From Macrostomum lignano (taxonomy: Eukaryota): DNA of 47,015 nt. The stretch lies in NCBI GenBank assembly GCA_002269645.1, contig NIVC01004404.1, positions 1 through 47,015 of the forward strand, read 5' to 3'. The notes under the pieces were generated by a model. It worked only from the letters and a program-made list of their open reading frames with translations, was not told the origin of the DNA and ran no database searches. The position numbers and the translations under genes are program-made. Below, one piece after another: positions 20,873-31,300 of this stretch (positions are counted from its first letter, which is position 1; every line of letters starts with the position of its first letter).

Positions 20873-23800
20873 TCACCCGTAGCTCAGGCGCTCCGGGGGA
20901 TGTCGAACTCGCGACGATCGGCGCAGAGACCCGTCGATCTCAGGGTCTCCAGGAGCAGCCAGGTTTGGCGGCTCGTCCACGGCCGGCATCGCAGCTTCCG
21001 GCTCAGGTGCGGCCTTGGCGTCGGTAGCACCGTCTGTCACGCCAGCTCCGGTAGGCCGCGGCTGCTCAGGACCACCGCGGACATGGTCAACGTGCCGCCG
21101 CACTACTCGGTCGTCGCCATCGAAGCCGCACAGGTAGGAGGCCGGACCGGCGGCACCGACAACTCGCGCCGGCTTCCACCGACCTCCGTTGGCTCCAAAG
21201 TCTCTGGCGAGTACAGCGTCGTCAGTCTCGAAGGTCCGGAACCGAGCTTTGCAGTCGTGGTGCTCTTTTTGCTGACTTTGCTTACGCTGTACTCTTGCTC
21301 CCAGGTCTGGCCGAGCTCGATCTAGCAACGTGCACAGGCGCCGTCCCATCAGGAGTTCGCAGGGAGCCACACCAGTTGTCGCATGCGGAGTGACCCGGTA
21401 GCTCAGCAGGAACCGGGCGACCTTATCCTCCAAGGAGCCTTCGCGCTGCTTCTCCAGGGACCGCTTCAGCGTCTGGACAGCTCGTTCCGCCAGGCCGTTG
21501 GACGCCGGATGGTAGGGAGCAACGCGCACGTGCTGAATGTCGTTCCTCCGCAGAAAGTCGGACATCTCCTCGCTGACCAAGTTGGGCCCATTGTCCGACA
21601 CCAGCACATCTGGCAACCCGTGTGTCGCGAAGCTGGAGCGGAGTTTCTGGATGGTGACAGCTGAGGTCGCTGACGTCACCACATGCACATCCAGCCACTT
21701 TGAATGGGCATCGACGACAACCAGCAGCATCTTGCCAGACACCGGACCCGCATAGTCGATATGCACTCGAGACCACGGTCGGTCAGGCCACGGCCACGAC
21801 AACATTGGCGAAGGCGCCGGGGCGTTCTGCAACTCCTGACAGTCAGAGCAGGCCTTGGCCAGGTTTTCAATCTCCGAGTCTAATCCTGGCCACCAGAAAT
21901 AACCTCGGGCTAGCGTCTTCATGCGTGACGCCCCCGCATGACCTTGATGCAGCACCTGGAGCAGTGCAGCTCGCGCTCCGACCGGGACCACCACTCGAGC
22001 GCCCCACAGGAGGCAGCCGTCTTGCGCACCGAGCTCAGCCGCTCTCTTGGAGTATGGCAGCAGATCGTCACTGACCCGCTCTGGCCAGCCGATTTGCGTG
22101 AAGTGCAGAGCTCGGGCTAGTGTGGGGTCCCTTCGAGTCAGGCCGCGTATCTAAGCTGCCGTGACAGGTGCATCGTCCAGGTGGTCCATCAGCATGACCA
22201 GCTCTGCCAGCTTCGGGACCGTCGCCGGCTTGTCGGGCAGCGGCAGGCGACTCAGGGCATCGGCGCACAGCAGTGAGGCTCCGGCTCGGTGAACCATGCG
22301 GTAGTTATAGCCAGACAGCAGCAGAGCCCACCTCTGAATTCTTCCAGATGCCAGGGCCGGCACGGCCTTGTTCTCAGCAAGCAATCCAAGCAGAGGTTTG
22401 TGGTCACTCACCAGCAGAAATGGGCGGCCGAACAGGTACGCGTTGAACTTCTTGACCGCAAACACTACAGCGAGGGCTTCCTTCTCGAGCTGCGAGTAGT
22501 TTTTCTCAGCGTCGTGCAACGTACGCGAGGCAAAGGCCACAGGCCGGACAGCTCCATCGATCCTGTGGCTGATGACCGCGCCCAGACCGTAGGGGGACGC
22601 GTCACACTCGAGCAGCAGGTCTTCGCTCGGGTCGAAGTGCGCCAAAACCGGAGCCGAAGACAGCAGGGCCTTGCACTTCTCGAAAGCGGCATTCTGAGCA
22701 GCGCCCCAGTTCCAGCGGTGTTGCTCGCGCAGCAGCAGGTGCAGCGGTGCCAGGACTTGAGACAAATTTGGCAGGAACTTGCCATAGTAGTTCACCATGC
22801 CTAGGAAGCTGCGCAGCTGAGTTGCGTCCTTGGGAGCTGGAGCGCTGACAATCGCCTCGACCTTGTCTTTGATCGGGTGCAGGCCGTCGGCATCGATGTG
22901 GTGACCGAGATAACTGACGCTCGTCTGCATGAACTGGCACTTCTCCAGCTTGCACCGGAGGCCGCTCTGGCTCAGCTTCTCTAGAACCTGCTCCAGGGAG
23001 TTCAGATGACTACTGTCATCCTTCCCGGTGATGATGAGGTCATCGATGAAGCAGGCGGTGCTGGTGATTCCTTGCAGCAAGCAGTCCATCCGGCGCTAAA
23101 AAATCCCGACCGCTGGCGAGACACCGAAGGGCAGCCGCGTGTACCGAAGCAGCCATTTGTGCGTATTGATCGTGCAGACTTCCTGGGAAGCCTCATCGAG
23201 TGGCAGCTGCATGTACGCCTGCGACAAGTCGAGCTTAGTGAAGAGCCGCCCACCAGTCAGCTTCGCGAACAGCTCTTCGATCCGCGGCAGAGGATACGAG
23301 TCGGGCTCCACGTTCGGGTTGACGGTCTGCTTGAAGTCGGCGCAGACCCTCACAGAGCCGTCGGACTTGAGCACTGGCACCACCGGCGATGCGTACTCGG
23401 AGTGCTGCACGGGCACCAGGATTCCTTGTTCGATCTCGCGGTTCAGTTGGCTCTCCACCTTGTCCTTCACAGCAAAGGGGAGATTCCTGGCCTTCATAAA
23501 GCGAGGTTGAGCATCGGGTTTCATATTCAAACTCACTGGTGGTCCGTTGTACTTTCCTAGCTCAGGCGAAAAAACATCGCTGTACTTGTTGAGCAGCTGC
23601 TGCAGTCTGGGCGACACCTCCGGAGCAGCCGCCATTTGCTTGATTGATCTCCAGTCGAGCCGCAACTCGGACAGCCAGTCTCTTCCGAGCAGGTCGGATC
23701 CGCAGCCGGCGACCACAAGGAGGCTGAGTGACTTGGGCGGTGCTTCAGCAGCTTCCACAGCAACGCAGATGCAGCCTTCGATTGGCACTTTCTCACCGGA

Positions 23801-24796
23801 GTATGTTCGCAGCTGCATGGACGCAGGCTGCAGTGCTGGCTGGGAGTTGAGCACGGTCCTGTAGGTCTTCGAGGATACCAGGGACACGGAGGCTCCGGTG
23901 TCCACTTCCATGACAACAGGTCGGCCATTGATGCGCACCGTCGTTGTAATCGGCGGCACCTTCGACACTCGCTTGCCGGACAGCTGTTACAGTGAGTGGG
24001 CCGTTTCCTCCTTGCAGCTGTCTTTTTCCTCACCGTCCTGCATCTGCAGAGCCTCTCTTCTATCGTCCTTCGACTGGGATTTGCAGGCAGCCGCAGTGTG
24101 GCCGGTCTTTGAGCACTTGTAGCACTTCTGGGTGGCGAACGGGCACTTATTAGCGAGATGCTTCGTTGACAGGCACCTTAAGCACCTCCTTGTCGAAGAT
24201 GACTTCTGCTGTTGCTTGACAATGCTGACGGACTCCTGACTGACTGGATCTGGCTTACTCGCTCCCGACACCAGCTGGCAGCCCTTGGCAGCGGACTCGT
24301 GGGCCAGGGCCAGCTTCAATGCCTTCGCTAGAGTGAGATCGGGCTCCGCCAGCAGCCGCCGCTGAGCGCCGTCGTTGTTGATTCCCAGCACCAGCCTGTC
24401 GCGAAGCATCGAAGTCAGGCTGTCGCCGAACTTGCAGTCGCGAGCCAGGTCTCGGAGGTCTGCGACAAAGTCAGCGACGCCCTCACCTTCCCTGCGATTT
24501 CTGGTGTAGAACCGGTAACGATGGACGATCTCGGACTCCTCAGGCTCGAAATGGCTCTTCAGTGCTTCGCAAATTTCGGTGTAGCTCTTGGCTGATGGCT
24601 GTGCAGGAGACAGAAGACTGAAGGCCAGATGGAAAACTTTCTTGCCGCATGAACTCAGCAGAATCGCTCGCTTTTTCGCTTCCTCAGTGACGTCATTGGC
24701 AACAAAATATTGTTCTAACCTTGCTTGGTACATATGCCACGGCTCAGAGCCTTCTTCGTATGGGCCGACAAGCCCTAGTGCACTTGCACTACTCAT
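20873..24796 (-). pseudogene. Gag-Pol reading frame of element 2 (1308 codons) with three in-frame stops
   Basis: Gag with two CCHC knuckles, EVDTGAS protease, CFIDD RT, RNase H and integrase all in one frame; stops TAA 23987-23989, TAG 23096-23098, TAG 22151-22153. Confidence 0.93.
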
Positions 24797-24814
24797 TTGC
24801 GCAGGATCGTTTCA

Positions 24815-24826
24815 GTCTCGTCGCCA
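24815..24826 (-). promoter_or_regulatory. Primer binding site of element 2 (TGGCGACGAGAC), tRNA-Ser(GCU)-like
   Basis: First 10 nt complement the metazoan tRNA-Ser(GCU) 3' end CUCGUCGCCA. Confidence 0.8.
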
Positions 24827-26367
24827 CTGTGAAAACTCCACTTCGGGGGTAAGACCCCCCCAAGGCAGAGAGCTTGTATTTAATATAGCTGGCCAACAAT
24901 AAAGGTTGTCTGACAAAGCGTCAGCCAATCACACGCGCGCGTGCAGGTGTACACCTGCACTGTACATTACACTAAGCGGAGCAACTGAGCAGACCCACGC
25001 TACCACAAGACGCATATCAGTTCACAGTCCATAGAGGAACAGTCCATAGTCACTGGTAGCGCAGCCGGTCAGCTTAAGCTCTTGCCCTGGTCGAAGGTCA
25101 AAGTGGCGCCGCAGAGCTCAACTCTGGCGCCTGGCCAGGCGTCTCCGCAGAGGCCTCTGGTTGATCGTCAGGCACCTCGGCACATAGCGGTTGCTCAACT
25201 TTGGAAGGCACCGCAGGCACTTGATTGATGTGCCGATGGACCTCTCGACCATCGTCAAACTGGCAAGAGACACAGCCCTGGAGCAGTCGGTCACAACAGC
25301 AGGCTTCCAGCTGCCATCAGCAGCAAAGTCCCTCGCAACGACTGCGTTGCCCATCTCAATGTGGCGGTCATAGGCATGGGTGTCATGCTGCTGCTTCTGG
25401 ATCGCTTGTGGGGAGGCTTAGAATCTCACCCTATTTTCTCAAAGTGTTGTATCTAGAACATCAAGGGGGTTAGAAATGAAGCCATATGATGAAAAAGTAA
25501 AAAAATGGAGTCAAATGCATAAATTGAAAAACAAAAATGAAACCCAAATCTGGCCTGCAGTGCAAAACTGATGCCAAATGTGGCATAGGGCCCTAGTATA
25601 TAAAAATAGCATCAAGATCTAGTCTATAATGCAAAAATAAAGTAAAAACCTATAATAGTAAAATAAGTATACTATAGTTATACTAAAGTCATAAGAAAAA
25701 TAATATAGTATAATATGAATACTGTGAATCAATTCAAAAAGTAAAAAATCTGGCATATATAGCAAAATTACATTAAATTGCCTGCCATAAACTGCACAAT
25801 TGGCATTATATCCTGGCCTATAGTACATAAACAATGCCTTAAATCAATACAAATATTAGTCAGTTTATGCATTAAAATGCTAGCTCGTAGGAATGTTGCT
25901 AAAAAAGAAGTTTTGATAAATAAACAGCAATTTTTATTTAAAAAACATAATTTAGGAACAAAGAGTGTAATGAAGGAGCAACTTAAATTAACTGAGTAGT
26001 GATGAGTAGTGAGTAGTGATTATTAAGCATAAAAGAAAAAACCGCAAAAGCACACAAAAGTATATAAGCATACATGTACACAATTCTGACCAAGTTGAAA
26101 AAAGTGAAAAGTAAAAGGATTTGGATTAACAATTATTTTCAAACAAAAAGCAACTAAATCTAGTTAAATAAGTGAATATAAATGTAAAAAGGAAACAACA
26201 ATGAAAAGCAATATTTTTGTTTTTCAAAAGCTTTTGAGGCCATTTAAGCTTGAAATATAAAAATCCAAAGTATATGATATAGTAGTAGTAAGTTAGCTCA
26301 GGCAAGAAGCCTGTTTGGCGAATATATTTCAGTGTATTTTAAGATTATTTCAGGAACAGAAGGCAAT

Positions 26368-27168
26368 TGTGACGTTGCTAGTTTAAGTGGTCCCGCAAAA
26401 GGGCCGTTGGACTATAGCTTCCCCTGCAATTTTTCATTTTAATTCTTCCAATAGTTTATTCTAACGTTTACTTGTAGTAGCGTGCTAATAATCTGTATCA
26501 ATTGCTAATTCACTGTGTATTTGGTAGGCCTTGCGTTCGTCTGTAAATTTTAGCACGATCGATAATTTCAAATTCTCTCGCCAGCCAATGAAGGCTCTCC
26601 ATGTTTATGCCACCCCCTTTTGCGCTCTTTATTAACCCCCCGTCTGGCGGCGGGCTGGGTTTTTCACTTTTCTTTCCTCCTTTCTCTCCCTTGGCGTTCC
26701 ACTTTGCTCTCTTGGCCCTCTCACTTAGCGTTCCCTGCGCTCTCTCGTTTTCCTTATCTCTCGCCACGGCTCCTCTGTCTAGGCCAGCCTGTTACACACA
26801 CTGTGTTCCACTATTGTACTTCTACTACGGCTAACGCCAGCTCACTACCGTTCTGCCTACTCGCGACCGCTACTCGCTGCCATTGACTCATTGCCATCCT
26901 CCATCGTCTACTCATCTGATCATTAACTCGTTGTTGCAGCCGCCAGTGCCCGTACTGTTATCGCCTCTGTAACTCTATTATTAATTTGAGAAAATATAAG
27001 AGCCAGACTACAACGAATTTCTATTCTCTATTAATAAGTGCTACCGCTACACGAAACCGCTACACCGCCATTGTTCAATTACAATTAACCTTCCTTTTGG
27101 ACTACAACGACAACTCTCATTAAAACGGCCCTCTTGAGGGCCATAGCCACTACGCCAATAACGTGACA
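26368..27168. mobile_element. 801-bp TG..CA element with 5-bp TSD: solo LTR or Ginger-like non-autonomous TIR element
   Basis: Ends TGTGACGTT..AACGTGACA; TSD GCAAT at 26363-26367 and 27169-27173; imperfect ~41-45-bp terminal inverted repeats; no convincing ORF. Confidence 0.85.
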
Positions 27169-27744
27169 GCAATATTTTAGCATTAGTTTTTTACTACAAT
27201 TACAAAGTACGAGTTTTGCAATATGGTATTTGAAATAACGTGTAAATTTTGTTGACGAAACTTTGGACGACTAATGAGGTGAAAGAAAAAGCAGAGAGTT
27301 AAAAAGTATTGCGTGAAATTTATGTATGTGATATTGCGCAAAACAGTTTAGCCCATAGGTTATAAAAATAAGTTATTTAGATATTAATCAGATGATAACA
27401 AAATTGTATAAAATATAATATTTGAAAGAGCGTATAAGATTTTTTTGTGGTTTTTACGAAAAAAATATTAAGTAAAAGGATTGCTCATAATTTGGCAATA
27501 ATTGTATATGTGTAAATATACTGTTTGGAGGCCTAAAAAGGATAAAAAAATCAGCAACTTTTGACATCTAACGACTTATGGTCTAATGCTCATTAAATAG
27601 AATTTTTTCTATAGAAATAGAGACTTTTCTGCAGAAATGCGCCAAGAACCCGTACCAAGGATGTGAATCATGATGGTAGGAATAAGAAGCGGACTCAGTA
27701 CTTTACTGCTATATTTGTATATAAACATGTTATATATTTCAGGT

Positions 27745-28095
27745 AAATAAATTTAACTGTATATGACATTGTAAATTTTAGCTACTCCGGAGAGCTCTTT
27801 TCTGACTCTTTTTTCATTTGTGGCATACCCTATTTTATGCATGTGTGTGGCATCTAGAAGGTATTGTGAAAAGTATTTTTTCCTAATTTCTAGTGTTTGT
27901 GGGCACTCACTTAGGTAGTGAAGAATATCAGCTCCTTTTCTTGCTCCACAGAGTCCACAGGCTTCCTGAGAGAATGCCTTGGGCATGAGCTCACATTTCA
28001 GTTTTAGAAGGGTCGTTAGGTATTTTTTGTTTCTAAATAGACTTGGAAAGTAATTTGAGAGAACAGGTCTGCAGGTTTATTTCAAAGTAATAAAA
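27745..28095 (-). mobile_element. 3' remnant of a non-LTR retrotransposon (LINE ORF2 C-terminal CCHC region), target of element 3
   Basis: LLKLKCEL..CGLCGARKGADILHYLSECPQTLEIR matches the LINE C-terminal CxxC..H..C pattern. Confidence 0.7.
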
Positions 28096-28295
28096 GTAAC
28101 TGTTGTACTCTGCCCCCCCCTTTCTCGGCACGTTGATTTTAACTCCTGTGTACATTGCATCATAGATGTACACTTACTCTAGAGCAATCGATTACAGAGC
28201 TTTGAGCTCAAATATATAATAGCACCCCACGCCCAAGTCGGGGCTGTAAGCTTTTGGTTCATCTAAACTTCTGTCTCTCGCGTCAGTCACTACAC

Positions 28296-28307
28296 TGGCG
28301 TCGCAAG
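28296..28307 (+). promoter_or_regulatory. Primer binding site of element 3 (TGGCGTCGCAAG)
   Basis: One base after the 5' LTR; 11/12 identical to the PBS of element 1. Confidence 0.85.
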
Positions 28308-28314
28308 CTAAGCT

Positions 28315-31300
28315 ATGTCTACTGAAAACAGTGGCCAGACACGCAACGTTGTTCAACTGCAACTGCCTCCACCTGAGCCATTCAACGTCAACCAAGAAGC
28401 ACACGCACTGTCATCACGGTGGGAAGATTGGTCGTCGCGCTTTCTGTGCTTCATCCACGCCTCCGGAGTCAAGGATCCGGCCCAGCAGAGACAAGTCCTG
28501 CTCTACACAGGCGGGAGGGAGCTGGCCGAGCTATACAAACAGCTGACCAACAGCGGAAACACCGTCGAAGAACTCATCAAGGCTTTCAAGGACCACTTCA
28601 CAGGCCGCAGGTGCGTGGTGTTCTCAAGATACGAGTTCCGAAACTGCACGCAGCAACCAGGCCAGAGCATCGACGCATGGGTCAGTCAGCTATACAAGGC
28701 CGCAGAAAGCTGCGACTTCGACAATTTGCGCGACTCCCTCATCCGCGACCAGATTGTCGCCGGATGCAACACCGAGCAACTCAGAAGACGGCTACTGCAG
28801 ACCGCCAACATCAACTTGCAGGATGCACTGCAGCTGTGCCGAGCCTTCGAAGCCGCTAGCTACCAGTCAGCGGCCATTGAGTCACGCCGCGACGAGACAG
28901 TCAACTCAATGAGGCGCACCACAGGTGAGCAACAAGACGGACCATCGTACAAGCCTGGCAGCAAGTCCAAGTGCTACCGATGCGGAGAAACCGGGCACCG
29001 TAGCTGCGACGCGGCCAAAGGCAAAACATGCAACATCTGTAAAAAGGTGGGCCACCTGGCGAAGGCCTGTATGTCTAAGGGCAATTCCAGAGACCGCGTG
29101 CACACCATTGGCGGTCAGCATCAACACCCGGAAGAATCCAGCAAGTCACCAAGCGACGAAGGGGAGGTCTTCTGCCTGACTGCGAACAAGCTGCCGCTGA
29201 TGAGCATCTCTATCAACGGTAAGCGGGTCGAGGCGCTCATCGATAGTGGCGCCAGCTGCAATGTCATCGACCAGGCGACTTTTCAAGATCTCAAAACAGC
29301 CAAAACGCCACTGCTTCGATCAGCACGGCAGCTGTACCCGTTCGACTCGAAGACACCACTGGCGACCGCCGGCAGAGCTGAGCTCCTTGTCAAAATCAGC
29401 GGCCTCGAGGAAGTAGTGGACTTCACAGTAGTGCAAGACCCGGGCGTCACCATTCTCGGAAGGGCAACGAGCGAGAAGTTCGGAGTACTACGAGTGGGTC
29501 CGGCGCCGAAAACTCGCATCAACAGCATCGGGAGTGCCGACAAGGCAAAGGCAATGGAGTCCTCGAGTCCGGAGGCCAACTCAGCTAACCTTCCAGCAAA
29601 CCTCCAGCTTGATAACATCCTCAAAAAGCACCGGGCGCTCTTCCAAGGAGTTGGCTGCGTCAAGGACGTCGAAGTGAGCATCCGACTCAAGGACAACGCT
29701 ATCCCAGTGTGCCACCCGCCTAGCCGAGTGCCAATCCACCTACGAGACGCAGCCATCAAAGAGCTCGACGCCCAGCTCAGCGAAGGCATCATCGAGCGAG
29801 TATCTGAGCCTTCCGAATGGGTCGCTAGAATGGTAGTGGTACCAAAAAGCACTCCGAACCAGGTGCGAATCACCCAAGACCTTCGAGACCTCAATCAATA
29901 CGTGGTGCCGGAGAAGCAGCCGATTCCGACCTTTGAAGAGGTCACAGACGAAATGGCCGGTTCACACTTCTTCTCGGAGCTAGACATCAATAAAGCCTTT
30001 CACCAAATCAAGGTCGATCAGGAGTCACGCAAGTTTCTGACCTTCTCGACACCACTGGGCTTAATGAGGCTCACGCGCCTCTGTATGGGTTTCACGTCGG
30101 CTTCAGAAATTCTACAGCGTGTGATGTCTACAGTCAGCGGCCTGTCAGGAGTGAGATGGGTGCACGACGACATCATTGTGTATGCCCGGGACATCCAGGA
30201 GCACAACAGTCTCCTAGTCAGCTGCCTTCAGCGTCTTCAGGGACACGGCCTGACTCTCAACCCGTCCAAGTGCAAATTTGCGGTGCCGGAGGTCAACTTC
30301 CTGGCCATGCGACTGTCGGCAAAAGGGATCCAGCCAGCTGAAGCCAAGGTGTCGGCGATCAAAAGCTTCAAAGAGCCAACGAACGCCTCGGAAGTCCGCT
30401 CCTTCCTCGGTCTGGTTACGTTTGTCAGTCGCTTCATGCCAGGCCTGGCGGACATGACGAAGCCGTTGCGGGACCTGACCAAGAAGAGTGCAAGCTGGCA
30501 GTGGGGCGAGCAGCAGGCCAAGGCTTTTCAAGAAGTCCGAGATCGCATCGCAGTCGACAGCACACTGGTCTTCTTCGACAAGCACCGGCATACCGAACTC
30601 GTTGTCGACGCCAGCCCCATCGGACTCGGCGCCATTCTTTGCCAGATTCAGTCCGACGGCTCATCCAAGCCGGTTGCATTCGCAAGCAGAGCCCTATCGG
30701 CAGTCGAGTCGAGGTACTCACAGACGGAACGGGAGGCTCTCGCAATCAAGTTCGGCTGCCTGAAATTTCGACACTATCTCAGCGGCGCCGCCAACTTTAC
30801 TGTCGTCACCGACCACAAGCCGCTGACCTTCATGCTCAAGCCCGGCTCGCGCCCACCTCCACGCATCGAGCGCATGGCGCTCAGCATCCAGGACATGCAG
30901 TTCAGCGTCATCTATCGGCTAGGCCCGTTCAACCCGAGCGACATCCTCAGCCGGCAGCCAGAGCCCGCTCCGACATCGATCAACATCGGCGAGATCCTGG
31001 ACACAAACTTCATCGGCAGCATCGCGCAAGCGGCGACGCCGAGAGGCCTGTCCCTGCAGCAAGTCTGGGAAGCCACGGCCCGTGATCCCATTCTACCGAC
31101 TGTGCTGTCATCGTTGAGAACAGGCAATTGGGATCTGCGGGACGACAGCATCCGACGACTGCACGCCGCCAGGCACGAGTTGACCGAGGCTTCTGGCGTT
31201 CTGCTGCGAGACCAAAGATTGGTAATCCCAAAAGCCCAGCGGCCCGTTGTCCTGCAGCTGGCTCATCAAGGACATCAAGGCGAGACCAAAACACTGCGCC

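Larger units (their letters stand above)
20432..25007 (-). mobile_element. Full-length Ty3/Gypsy (Mag-like) LTR retrotransposon, element 2
   Basis: LTRs 20432-20610 and 24828-25007, identical except one C in a homopolymer; TSD AGACG (20427-20431, 25008-25012) with a single AGACG at the empty site 17339-17343; PPT 20611-20623. Confidence 0.97.
20074..25420 (-). mobile_element. Old Gypsy 3' remnant, copy B, split by element 2
   Basis: Putative LTR 20074-20383, PPT 20384-20392, integrase C-terminal remnant about 25070-25420. Confidence 0.62.
18685..25843. repeat. Local duplication, copy B (interrupted by element 2)
   Basis: Collinear with copy A, roughly 90% similar by eye. Confidence 0.85.

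Noticed and set aside
20873-24796. TAA/TAG reassigned to Gln (ciliate-type code), since all terminal stops of the elements are TGA and the internal stops are TAR
   Set aside because: Elements 1 and 3 have over 1100 codons each with no in-frame TAR, and the scratch-type gene ends in TAG; the standard code fits
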